Virus record (IMG/VR): IMGVR_UViG_3300005573_000054
Coordinates: 1 to 64,000 of that record
Strand: one strand, 5' to 3'
DNA: 64,000 nt
Source: a virus
Position numbers and translations under genes: made by a program
Shown: positions 9,594-19,231 of the stretch, one piece after another
Position numbering within the stretch: the stretch's first letter is position 1
Layout: each line of letters opens with the position of its first letter
Notes under the pieces: model-generated
Seen by the model: the letters and a program-made list of their open reading frames with translations, nothing else
Databases searched by the model: none
Told to the model about the DNA's origin: nothing

Positions 9594-11555
9594 ATGAAAG
9601 TTGACAGCTTGAAGATCTATCTCGAGAATATCAGAAACATTTCCAGCTACACTGGAGAGTTCTACCCGGGTATCAACTTGATCATTGGCTCTAACGGGTC
9701 AGGAAAAACTACCCTTGTATCATCACTATACCTTGCTCTGTTCGGAAGAACACTTTCTGGTACGTCTCGTCACTCGAGGATCGTCACACAAGGTCAATCG
9801 ACCGGTTTCGTATCAATCAGCATAAACGACTCAATTAACATTGAAAGATCGTTTGGAAAATCTTCTTTTTTCAAAGTCACTATCGACTCAAAGGAAGTCC
9901 CTAATGGAACGCAGATAATTGATAAAGAACTCATCAAGTTAATTTACGTACTTGACCCAAAGATTGATGTTATGAAATTTTTTGATGTCGAGGGGTTCGT
10001 TGAGAAATCGAGAAAGACCTTGAAAAGTTTTTTTAACGAGGTTTACCAACTCGAACTCAAACTCAAGGAAATACAGATAAAGTCGTCTGTACTTAAGGAG
10101 GAGCTTTCAAGAATCGAGAAAGACGAGAACACTATAAGAGAGAAACTAATCCTAAGAATTGAAGACAAGCAGAAGTCTCAAGAACAGATCAAAGGGATTG
10201 ATGAAGCTACTCTTGTCTCGCTAATCGACAAATATAAACAACTAGAATTTCAGATTTCCTTTGAGATTTCCAAGCGACAGACTGCTAACAAGGAATCGTT
10301 TCTCAGACAAATTTCAGACTGGCAACTTCTCGTTAACAACATTACTTCGGCGAAAAACAATGTTTTAGAGGGTCTCTCCTCGCTAGATCGAGATTTGAAA
10401 AAAGAAATATCTCTAGCTAAGTCTGATCTTAATGCTCAGTATTTAAAAGAGTTGTCTTCAAACCAGGAAATTGAAGAGATTTCATCTGAACTATCCGCTA
10501 CTTCTCATATGTTACAAAAGTACCAATCACTATTATTATCAACTGTTGAGGGAAAATGTCCTGTGTGTGGAAATACTATCTCTGAAGATCACATCAGAGA
10601 ACAGATTGAACTACTGATAGCGAAACAACAAGAGTTATCGACTCTCGTAGAGGCAAAAAAATCAAGCTTAAAAGATAAATACAAAACAATCTATCTCGAG
10701 ACAGAGAACTCCCTTAAAGAAAGCTATCAAGAGAAAAGAAAAGTTCTAGAGTCGAAAAAAGCGGAATTAGACCAAGAAGAAAGACGCCTCTATAAAGCAA
10801 AACCTCAACAGAAAGTTTTCTCTGAAGACGAGGAGAGAGAGATTAAAAATGAAGTGTTAAAGAGATCTAACATTCCAGACGGTTTCAACCTTAACGACGC
10901 TCTAAAGAAATTACAAATTTTTGAACACATTCGAGTTATTGAGACAGAAATCAAATACCTTCAAGCTGAACTGGTAAAACTAGAAGATCGAAAACAAGTC
11001 ATCAACAAAGAAATTGATCAGATTTATGATGAAATGCTTCGTTTGGAAACAGAAGTATCAAAGAAGAAAACTATTGAACCAGTCCTGGAGAAATTAACTG
11101 ATACCAGAGAAATCAGACGACATATCCAGAAGAAGATTTCAGGGATAATCAAGTCGTTCTGTGATAAGATAAACGAGAATCTACCCGTAAAGATCTATCC
11201 AGCCCTAACAGAGACAACCACAGGGAGTATCGAACTTTCTTTTTCTGCGAGTAACATCCATGGAGATATCATCCCTATAGATGATCTTTCTCAAGGAGAG
11301 TCAGTACTAGCAAAGATAAGTCTTAATGTAGTTTTAAGAAAATTTGCTGAACTTGCATGTAACGACAAAGACTCTGTGTTTAACACTATTCCAAAGATTG
11401 TAGTTTTAGATGAACAGCTAGATAGACTAGATGATAAGAATGCTGAAGCTATTCTTGAGACACTCTCAAGAGAGCAAGATTATGTTTTCTTGATTGTTAC
11501 TCATAGAGAAGACTTTATGAATGTTTCAGATGCCAATGTAGTCTTCTTGGGTTAA
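9594..11555 (+). CDS. Rad50/SbcC/gp46-like SMC ATPase
   Basis: Walker A GSNGSGKTT, coiled coils, CPVCG zinc hook, signature LSQGE, Walker B VVLDE and IVTH. AGGAGG precedes the ATG at 9594. Confidence 0.9.
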   Translation: MKVDSLKIYLENIRNISSYTGEFYPGINLIIGSNGSGKTTLVSSLYLALFGRTLSGTSRHSRIVTQGQSTGFVSISINDSINIERSFGKSSFFKVTIDSKEVPNGTQIIDKELIKLIYVLDPKIDVMKFFDVEGFVEKSRKTLKSFFNEVYQLELKLKEIQIKSSVLKEELSRIEKDENTIREKLILRIEDKQKSQEQIKGIDEATLVSLIDKYKQLEFQISFEISKRQTANKESFLRQISDWQLLVNNITSAKNNVLEGLSSLDRDLKKEISLAKSDLNAQYLKELSSNQEIEEISSELSATSHMLQKYQSLLLSTVEGKCPVCGNTISEDHIREQIELLIAKQQELSTLVEAKKSSLKDKYKTIYLETENSLKESYQEKRKVLESKKAELDQEERRLYKAKPQQKVFSEDEEREIKNEVLKRSNIPDGFNLNDALKKLQIFEHIRVIETEIKYLQAELVKLEDRKQVINKEIDQIYDEMLRLETEVSKKKTIEPVLEKLTDTREIRRHIQKKISGIIKSFCDKINENLPVKIYPALTETTTGSIELSFSASNIHGDIIPIDDLSQGESVLAKISLNVVLRKFAELACNDKDSVFNTIPKIVVLDEQLDRLDDKNAEAILETLSREQDYVFLIVTHREDFMNVSDANVVFLG

Positions 11556-11660
11556 GTTGTAGTTCAAGTAGTGTAAACCGTCCTTTTTCTCATATCTGAT
11601 CAGTGAGGGGGGTCAGGTAATGTCAACTAAAAATTACGTCAAAAAAGGAGGTGTGTTGCA

Positions 11661-13439
11661 ATGTTAACTATGGATGATGTAAGAAAAGTGTTTGCCGGGG
11701 ACGATGCTTTAGAAAAATTGAACTCCGTGTCTTGTCTTAACTCTATCTTCGAAATAGAGGCTATAGGAGTTCTCTATAAGAAGTTCGAGGAATTTATATT
11801 GAAAGATCCTTACGTTTTGTCTAGGGTAATGTACGTAGATTTTTCCAAGGCTTTCAGAAACGCTTTCTGGTGTTTGCCACACACAGTAGAGAAAATTCCT
11901 AAAAACGTCTATGAAGAAGCCATAAAGTTACTCCAAGAAAATAAACTCTATACTAAGGGTTTAGTGGCAAAATCTCAACGTTCGTCTTTTCAGATTCCCG
12001 AATATGTTATTCTTCCTATTTTAAGAAGACATGATTTGTCTACGTCTTCGAGAGAAGTCTTATTTGAAATTTTATTTCAATATTTGAAAGAAATGCGAGA
12101 ACTATATCTTAAAGGTTTCTCATCATACTTCGCATACCTCACATATTTCAGAAACTATCTTTTGCTTCCTGATTCTAAGTTTGAGATACCGGATAATATT
12201 CTTAATCGACCGGATAGTCTAGATTTAATAGAAATTTTAGTGAGACTATTTTGTCAAGGAGATGGCTTCATAACAGGAGGATTTTTTATCCCTTCCGATT
12301 TCGAAAAATGTAAATCTTACGTCAAGGATTCGAAGACCGGAGATGATAGTTCTCTTTCCTCATTGTTATTATATTTTACCTTTCCTATAAATCCTTATGG
12401 AGTCGTACCTGAAAGAAAGCGTCTTCAGAAACTTTCGAGAACTCTTTTAAACGACTTTATTTTCTGTTGTAATATACGCTTATTCTTCTCGAAAGCTTTT
12501 ACTTATGAGGAACTCTCTAGACATACACTGGAAAACGCTGTTCAAGAATTAAATATTACGCAAGAATTAGAGAAGATACCTCAGGTATTGTATGATTTTT
12601 CGAGATTCTTGTATAAGTCACTTATCCATCCGGAGACCTTTGATGATCAAGAGTATAAGATGTTTCATAAAGATGTAATGGCTCCAAATATCTTCGCTAT
12701 GTTAAGACTTATGAAACGTCTCTATTTGTCATGGTTTCCTTCACGTAGAGCTTATTATTACAAGAAAGCTCTCGACTGGGCGCTTATAGGAAATAAAGCA
12801 ACTTCAAGAGGGCAAAAAGAGATGTCTTTTCAAGAGGAAATCCAGAGATATACTTTAATTTTCTTTACCTCTAGAAGTCTAGGTCTAACAAAATGGGTTT
12901 CAGATGTGCTTTTTCCTCTTCTCATAAAGGAAATTTGTGACAATGTTTCTCATATAGAGCTTATAAGGGCAATATTAAACGTAAAGAAACCCAAAGTAAT
13001 ACCTCTAGAGGTTAGAGTAAACTTTGTAAGATTTATAGATGCACTTTCAAGAGAAGTTGTACAGAAAATAATGACAAATTCTCCAACGTCTATTGAGTTA
13101 ACACGTCTGTTACTCAATCCTTATATACTCGAGTTTATCACTTATGATAAGTATGTTAGACATTTTATTTATGCTCCAAGTATTATTGGGTTTGGGTTTA
13201 GAATGCTTAACAAGAAAATCGATATTCCAGATGAAGTATGTAATAGGCTTACTCCGCAACAAGCGTATGATCTAGTTAAAAACATATATTTTCTAGGGAT
13301 TAACAATAACGTCAAGATTAACAGACGAATTCTTTGGGATAAATGTCTAGTTTTACTAGTTACTAAGCCCGAGTTAGAGACAAGTATAAGGCTTTTTTGT
13401 CAAAACGGTTTTCTAGAAGGAGGTACACCACAATGTTAG
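11661..13439 (+). CDS. Hypothetical protein (592 aa, helical)
   Basis: Long ORF with AAGGAGGTG SD. No motif recognised. Confidence 0.8.
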   Translation: MLTMDDVRKVFAGDDALEKLNSVSCLNSIFEIEAIGVLYKKFEEFILKDPYVLSRVMYVDFSKAFRNAFWCLPHTVEKIPKNVYEEAIKLLQENKLYTKGLVAKSQRSSFQIPEYVILPILRRHDLSTSSREVLFEILFQYLKEMRELYLKGFSSYFAYLTYFRNYLLLPDSKFEIPDNILNRPDSLDLIEILVRLFCQGDGFITGGFFIPSDFEKCKSYVKDSKTGDDSSLSSLLLYFTFPINPYGVVPERKRLQKLSRTLLNDFIFCCNIRLFFSKAFTYEELSRHTLENAVQELNITQELEKIPQVLYDFSRFLYKSLIHPETFDDQEYKMFHKDVMAPNIFAMLRLMKRLYLSWFPSRRAYYYKKALDWALIGNKATSRGQKEMSFQEEIQRYTLIFFTSRSLGLTKWVSDVLFPLLIKEICDNVSHIELIRAILNVKKPKVIPLEVRVNFVRFIDALSREVVQKIMTNSPTSIELTRLLLNPYILEFITYDKYVRHFIYAPSIIGFGFRMLNKKIDIPDEVCNRLTPQQAYDLVKNIYFLGINNNVKINRRILWDKCLVLLVTKPELETSIRLFCQNGFLEGGTPQC

Positions 13440-13541
13440 AAATTCTTTAAGACGGACGTCTAGTCTTATCAAGTAAACTTCCAGGATTACATCAGCTTAG
13501 ACTAATCTAAGTTAAAAAGATCTACTAAAAGGAGGAAGAAA

Positions 13542-14282
13542 ATGAAAAGAGTAATCGTCACTAGGTCACAGAGACCTAATTGGGAAACTTTCTGGAATAA
13601 TCTTCCGGAAACCACAAAGGATTTGGTAAAAACAACTTTTAACAAAACGGTTTTTCTCCATACTCCTGTGGAGGATATCTATGACCTTATGACAAAGTGT
13701 CCTGCTCCATCCTTGTTTATCCATACGGGAAAGGGAGTGTTTAGACATGTTAAAGACCTGAAAACAAAGCAGCTTGAGGTAGATCTAGACGGTCTTAACT
13801 CTCTGAGATTACTCTCAGGAGTAATGTCACGATATGTGTGGAAAGTTCAAGAGATGAAAGTAGCAGCTATAGACGTGTTTGACAATCTCTATATATGCGA
13901 TCTACCTCACTTCGTATCTAACCAAGAACTCTTCGAAAAGTCTCTCCAACTCTTTTCAATAATCATTGAGGATTACAAGAAGCTCGTAGAAGAAGAACCC
14001 TCAATATACTCACAGATAATCAATGAAATCTTAACAATGCCTAACAAGTTATATAAGCTTTCTCCACTAGCAATCAAGCAAGGCTCAGAAGGAGAAAACA
14101 AGATGAAAGGTAGATCCTATTGCTTAATAGAAGTTCCTTATCAACGCTGGATGAAAAGCGTTTTTTCCAAGAATGTCCTTAGATGTATAAAAGAACTTCA
14201 AGATGGATATGAGTATGGAATAAGCCAATATAAACAAAAGTCTCAGAATTCCACTCAGACAACAGAAGGAGAACAGCAATGA
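13542..14282 (+). CDS. Hypothetical protein coupled to MoxR ATPase 1
   Basis: SD present. ATGA overlap with 14279. Confidence 0.8.
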   Translation: MKRVIVTRSQRPNWETFWNNLPETTKDLVKTTFNKTVFLHTPVEDIYDLMTKCPAPSLFIHTGKGVFRHVKDLKTKQLEVDLDGLNSLRLLSGVMSRYVWKVQEMKVAAIDVFDNLYICDLPHFVSNQELFEKSLQLFSIIIEDYKKLVEEEPSIYSQIINEILTMPNKLYKLSPLAIKQGSEGENKMKGRSYCLIEVPYQRWMKSVFSKNVLRCIKELQDGYEYGISQYKQKSQNSTQTTEGEQQ

Positions 14283-15340
14283 CACAGTATACGTTTAGAC
14301 AAGTGTTAGAGGGAGTAATTAACATTCTCAAGGCGGGAAGGACCCCGGCAATCTGGGGTCCCCCGGGGATTGGCAAGTCTTCTCTGGGACGACTCGTCGC
14401 AGAAAGGCTTAAAGCTGAGTTAGTGACTCTTGATGTACCCCTTTTACAGCCCATAGACTATATGGCTGCTGTACCTAACCACGAGATGAAACGAGTAATG
14501 CTTTACCCAAGTGGGTTCATTCCTCAAGAAGGTCCCGCTGTAATCTTAGTGGAAGATCTTACTCATGCAAAACCATACCAGCAGATTCCTATTATGCAGA
14601 TGGTTCTTGATAGGAGAATAGGACCTCTGCAATTCTCCAAGGACGTTTACTTTATTATAACAGGCAACAACGAGGAAGATCTCGCAGGGACTAGTGCTCT
14701 AATCTCTCCGTTGTTAAATAGACTAGTTAATATCGAGATGAAACCAGACCTACAAGAATGGGTTGATTGGGCAAAGGAAAACAATCTTGACGATAGAGTG
14801 ATCGGTTTCGTTCAATCAAACCCACAGTTTTTCCTTCAGTTGCCACAAGAGGGACAAAAAACATGGTCAACACCAAGAACACTACACATGTTAAGTGATA
14901 TCATCAAGGCTACTCAGAAGAATATTCCAGATAGTTTACTCAAGTTTTATGCAAATTGTACAATAGGTCCACAAGCGACTCAGTCTTTCATAATCTGGTG
15001 TAGACATCTTAGAGATGTCAATCCCAAGAAGATAATCGAGGAAGGTCAAGTTCCAGAAGTCGACTCTGATGACAAAGTAAGACAGTTTGCCTTAGTGTTG
15101 TCTGTGGCAAACTATTTGAAACACAAGTCTGATGCAATCAAAAAGTTTGCGAAGAACATTGGTCCATTCTTCGAGATGCTAGTAGGAGAGATGAAAATGG
15201 CTTTTATAAAGGAACTAGCACTTAGTTCAGGGAAGAAGCCAGGTGCTAACTCAAAGCTAATCGAAGATTTCTCACGAGCTTGTCCTTCCGCTATAACGTA
15301 CCTCAAGGAAATCTTCGATGCAACTCCACAGGGAGAATAA
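14279..15340 (+). CDS. MoxR/dynein-related AAA+ ATPase (copy 1)
   Basis: WGPPGIGKS Walker A, ILVEDL Walker B-like, TGN sensor, PLLNRL and STPRTL. Confidence 0.85.
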   Translation: MTQYTFRQVLEGVINILKAGRTPAIWGPPGIGKSSLGRLVAERLKAELVTLDVPLLQPIDYMAAVPNHEMKRVMLYPSGFIPQEGPAVILVEDLTHAKPYQQIPIMQMVLDRRIGPLQFSKDVYFIITGNNEEDLAGTSALISPLLNRLVNIEMKPDLQEWVDWAKENNLDDRVIGFVQSNPQFFLQLPQEGQKTWSTPRTLHMLSDIIKATQKNIPDSLLKFYANCTIGPQATQSFIIWCRHLRDVNPKKIIEEGQVPEVDSDDKVRQFALVLSVANYLKHKSDAIKKFAKNIGPFFEMLVGEMKMAFIKELALSSGKKPGANSKLIEDFSRACPSAITYLKEIFDATPQGE

Positions 15341-15343
15341 GAA

Positions 15344-16588
15344 ATGGACAAGGATGAAGTATTAAAAAGATATAATCGAGCAGTTTCCACGATTTTATGG
15401 TTTTTCCCAGAACTGGGATATGTAACGTATCAGTGGAAAGTTCTGGTACAAGGATACGATCTCACGGTATATAACACAGACACATTTGCCACTTCATATG
15501 ACACATTAGTCATTAACCCAGAATTTTTGAGTACGCTAAAGTTCGAAGAGCTTGTAGGGGTTATCCTTCATGAGATTGCTCATTGCGTGTATCTTCATCC
15601 TACAGAATTGACTAAGCTGGAGGCTGAAGATAAAAACCCTGAAATCTGGAACATATGTCTCGAGATAGTGGCAAATTGTTTTGTTATTTCTCTTTCAAAG
15701 AATTACCCTGATAGGATAAAATTACCAGGAGAACCTCTAGATCCTTTCAAGTTAGATTTTACACAGATCTCATCAAAACCAAAGAATAACATCTATTTCT
15801 TTTCCTACTTGGGATTTTCAAAAACTTCTTCAGAGATTTATCAGCTTCTCAAGGAGGAGTTCAAGAGCCTACAACCTAATGAAAGATCAACAATAAGAAG
15901 TATACTTCCCATGGATGTAATCAAAGATAAAGGTGTTATCGGAGAGAAGAAAGAGGTTTTCGAGGAAAAAGGAGGTATCTTCCCTGAGGAAACCGCAATC
16001 TTCGTTCTAGATAGCTTATCAAAGAGAATCGGGGATCTTCCCATGGAAGCCTCGCATGTTATCTCTAAGTTGACAAAGAGTGACATCCCATGGAAAAGAA
16101 TCCTTTCAAGTTTTATAATGAATATTGTACAAGGAATTGATGACTTTGGGTGGGAAAGGATCAATATGAAGAAGGCGGATGAGATAATCCTCCCTGGTCC
16201 TTTCTCCAGGGAGACAGATCTCCCTGTCGTGGTTGTCGATACTTCAGGATCAACAGTGGGTCTCATAAAGACGTTTGCTTCTGGAGTTGCTCCTCTTTTC
16301 TCTTTCTTCCCCAAAGTCAGATTTATAACAACAGATGTTAGAGTTCATGAAGACCTTTTCATCTCATCTTCAAGAGATATTGTCTCCAAGGTAAAATTTA
16401 TTGGGGGAGGGGGAACCTCTTTTGAAGAAATCTTCCAAAAAGTCAAGTCTTGTCCGTTTATGATCTTCTTTACGGACGGGTACGCCTCTTACCCTAAAAA
16501 CAAGCCAAGGTATCCAGTTCTGTGGGTGTTGTCAAAAGATTGTTCAAAGCCACCTTTTGGAAAAGTAGTTTACATCTTAAACGTTTAA
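15344..16588 (+). CDS. Zincin-like metallopeptidase + vWA protein (DUF2201-like), copy 1
   Basis: HEIAH, WNI, IPWKRIL, MIDAS DTSGS, GGGGTSF, FFTDG and PVLWVL...PPFGKV. Confidence 0.85.
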   Translation: MDKDEVLKRYNRAVSTILWFFPELGYVTYQWKVLVQGYDLTVYNTDTFATSYDTLVINPEFLSTLKFEELVGVILHEIAHCVYLHPTELTKLEAEDKNPEIWNICLEIVANCFVISLSKNYPDRIKLPGEPLDPFKLDFTQISSKPKNNIYFFSYLGFSKTSSEIYQLLKEEFKSLQPNERSTIRSILPMDVIKDKGVIGEKKEVFEEKGGIFPEETAIFVLDSLSKRIGDLPMEASHVISKLTKSDIPWKRILSSFIMNIVQGIDDFGWERINMKKADEIILPGPFSRETDLPVVVVDTSGSTVGLIKTFASGVAPLFSFFPKVRFITTDVRVHEDLFISSSRDIVSKVKFIGGGGTSFEEIFQKVKSCPFMIFFTDGYASYPKNKPRYPVLWVLSKDCSKPPFGKVVYILNV

Positions 16589-16610
16589 CCTAAAGAAAGG
16601 AGAAAGTGGA

Positions 16611-16817
16611 ATGACGAATGTAAAAATTACTCGGGATGGATTCTTCGTGTCAACAGAGTGTCCCTTTGTTAGAGATGTGTTAATTAAAACACTTAGTTTT
16701 GAGGATCTGTGGTCGTTGTCGCTTTATGAATCAACATTCAACAGGTCAATACCTTATTTTGATATCGCAGACTTCCTCGCAAGTACTTTGCTGGTTCCTG
16801 AAACATGTAGCAAATAA
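16611..16817 (+). CDS. Small hypothetical protein
   Basis: AAGGAG SD, 68-aa ORF in operon context. Confidence 0.55.
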   Translation: MTNVKITRDGFFVSTECPFVRDVLIKTLSFEDLWSLSLYESTFNRSIPYFDIADFLASTLLVPETCSK

Positions 16818-16836
16818 AAAAAACAAAGGAGGAAAA

Positions 16837-16998
16837 ATGATGGTAAAAAACGTCGTAAACAAGCCTATTGATTTGTTGAAAAGCCTTATTGAGGGTATAC
16901 TCTCTGCTTTGTTTCCATTTAAAGAACTTAGTAAGTATGATATTTATTGGAGTGGTACAGGAGCTAATAAAAAATTCTCCAATGAGAAAGATTTTTAA
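16837..16998 (+). CDS. Small hypothetical protein
   Basis: AAGGAGG precedes the ATG at 16837, in frame with ORF 16699..16998. Confidence 0.55.
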   Translation: MMVKNVVNKPIDLLKSLIEGILSALFPFKELSKYDIYWSGTGANKKFSNEKDF

Positions 16999-17018
16999 AT
17001 CAAAGAGGAGGTGCGAAA

Positions 17019-17468
17019 ATGAATAGAAAGAAGAGTGTTGATATAGATGAACTCGTACAGATTCATAAGTGTATTGAAAGATTTTATGAATTGAAGCAGC
17101 TTGAAAAAGAAGTATCAGAAGAAATCAACAAAATCAAACAAACCCTTGAAAACTTCTTCCTAAAGAACAATATAACAAGTTATCAAACAGATAAGTTTGA
17201 AGTCCTAAGACAAGTGAGGAAGAATACAACTCTTAAAGACACTATAGAAGTCTTCCTCAAACAAAGAGGTCTATTCGAGCTTGTAGCAGTACCAGATAAG
17301 AGTAAAGTTGAGAACCTCGTTAAAACACATGTCTTAACTGAGGAAGAGCTTAAGCCTCACATCTACGAAAAAGAATCAGTAGCATGGACTGTAAGAAGTA
17401 TCTCAAAGAGTCGGGGGAGTAGTCGAAAGAGTACAACTCTTGAGAACAACGAGTCTTTTTTAGATTAA
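17019..17468 (+). CDS. Hypothetical coiled-coil phage protein
   Basis: GAGGAGGTG SD and an N-terminal coiled coil. Confidence 0.7.
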   Translation: MNRKKSVDIDELVQIHKCIERFYELKQLEKEVSEEINKIKQTLENFFLKNNITSYQTDKFEVLRQVRKNTTLKDTIEVFLKQRGLFELVAVPDKSKVENLVKTHVLTEEELKPHIYEKESVAWTVRSISKSRGSSRKSTTLENNESFLD

Positions 17469-17490
17469 GAGATTGATTTTCCAACGAGAG

Positions 17491-17514
17491 GCCCCCTCCT
17501 TTACGGGAGGGGGC
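17491..17514. terminator. GC-rich hairpin, putative terminator
   Basis: GCCCCCTCC-tttacg-GGAGGGGGC after the stop of 17019..17468. Confidence 0.6.
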
Positions 17515-17574
17515 AATTCACTCAAGTATCATATCAAGTCTACCTAAGCTCAATAAAAAAGGAGGAACTAAACG

Positions 17575-18552
17575 ATGAAAAAAGATATCTTAGATGTTCT
17601 ACGTAGAAAAGATGATCAGTATGGCGACTCTATTAAAAACACTGTAAAAATATTTAGCACTGACCCGATCAAGGTACGACTTTTTGATAAGGTAAGTGAG
17701 TTAATTCAAGTGGTTTCTAAAGACTCTGGAGTTTCCGAAAAGAAAAAAGAGCTTCAAGAAGTGTTGCGAGATATACTTGGGTATTACGTCTTAAAACTTA
17801 GAGTCTTTGGAAAAAACTGTGCTTCCTTAGAGATTTCTAAAATACTAGAGTCTCTTATGAAAACAGACGTAAAGCTATTCAAAACCGAGAGTATCGACTC
17901 GTTTCTCGTTTATTTGGTAAACCAGATCTATTTGGGATTTCTAGATGCTGGTCTTTATGATACCTACATTGTATGTCTTTTAGTAAAAGCACTTTCGTTG
18001 CCTTATTTTGAAGACGTCGAAGAAAAAGAGTCTGAGGAAGAGATCGAGGTTAGAACAGAATCTTTAGTGGAATTTCAGAAGCGTCTAGATGAGATTATTG
18101 AGAAGATTTCTAAAAAAGGAGATAGATATGACGATACCTTCAATAAGACTGTTGATTACTTTGGATCCAGTGTCATGTTTGAAAGGATACACCAGAAACT
18201 TCAAAGGCTTGTTTTCATGTACACAAATAGAGACGAAATTCCAAACTACGAGGAGTCATTTCTCGATACAGTAATTGATATTTTTGGATATAGTTTTCTT
18301 AGTATCGAGAGAATCAGCAAGAGTTTCTTCAAAAAAATGTTACTTCAAGAGAGGAAGAAACGTTTCCAATCATATTATCGTCTTTCTCTTAAAAAACAAC
18401 TTTTATTCGTATTGATACTGTTATTAGTGAGAGAGATTTATTATCTTATTCTGGAGTCAAAAACACAGTCTCGAAACAAGATATTATTAGCTCATTTAGA
18501 AGAAATTTGTGGGATTTGCTCAACTATAATATCTCATGTAGCGTATAAGTAG
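17575..18552 (+). CDS. Tandem DUF1599/Nmad1-like (nucleotide-modification-associated) domains
   Basis: Two copies of the K..YGD/YDD...R...K..RL/EL...D(I)xGY pattern: KDDQYGDS..RLFDKVSEL..DILGY and KGDRYDDT..RIHQKLQRL..DIFGY. Confidence 0.6.
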   Translation: MKKDILDVLRRKDDQYGDSIKNTVKIFSTDPIKVRLFDKVSELIQVVSKDSGVSEKKKELQEVLRDILGYYVLKLRVFGKNCASLEISKILESLMKTDVKLFKTESIDSFLVYLVNQIYLGFLDAGLYDTYIVCLLVKALSLPYFEDVEEKESEEEIEVRTESLVEFQKRLDEIIEKISKKGDRYDDTFNKTVDYFGSSVMFERIHQKLQRLVFMYTNRDEIPNYEESFLDTVIDIFGYSFLSIERISKSFFKKMLLQERKKRFQSYYRLSLKKQLLFVLILLLVREIYYLILESKTQSRNKILLAHLEEICGICSTIISHVAYK

Positions 18553-18673
18553 AAGACGTCAAAGACTAAAAGAACAAAACAAAAACACAAACAAAAGTCT
18601 GTGGAAGAGAGTAACATAGATGTTATAACCTAAAGGAGGCTCTTAAAGGAGCCTCACTGAAAGGAGAAGAGCG

Positions 18674-19225
18674 ATGAGTTACTACAACAGGCATCATCCC
18701 AATCTATTTCATACCACGATTTTTGCCGTCTGTCTTATTCTACCTCTAGTAATAACTTGGCCGTCACTATGTTATAACCCCCATACAGTAGTCTACGTCA
18801 TACCCGAAAAGGAGATCCAACAAGAAATTTCGTCTCGAGTTGACTTTCTCCAGAAGTATACAGGGCTTCCTAAAAAACTACTTCTTACTCTTGAGAGAGA
18901 GTGTACGTTACATCAAATTGATCCTTTTTTATTTGTAGCCCTTATGGAGACAGAGAGCAACTTTAAAGCCGAAGCCAGATCGGAGTTAGGGTACTATGGA
19001 CTTAGTCAGATTCCCTGGGATATTCCTTGGACGGACCTAAATATCATAATCGGAGTTAGAATCTTTGCGGAAAAGGTCAAGAAATCGAAGGGAAATATCA
19101 GGGAAGCAATCAAGAGGTATAAGGGATTTTCAACTAATAATGCGAACTCATGGAAAGCCACTAAAAAAGTCATAGAACGGTATTCACATTTGAAAAAACT
19201 ATATGAAAAACAAGTGAATACCTAG
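18674..19225 (+). CDS. Soluble lytic transglycosylase (SLT domain) with N-terminal membrane anchor
   Basis: ALMETESNF catalytic Glu, GLSQI, NIIIG and AIKRY. Confidence 0.85.
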   Translation: MSYYNRHHPNLFHTTIFAVCLILPLVITWPSLCYNPHTVVYVIPEKEIQQEISSRVDFLQKYTGLPKKLLLTLERECTLHQIDPFLFVALMETESNFKAEARSELGYYGLSQIPWDIPWTDLNIIIGVRIFAEKVKKSKGNIREAIKRYKGFSTNNANSWKATKKVIERYSHLKKLYEKQVNT

Positions 19226-19231
19226 AAGGTA

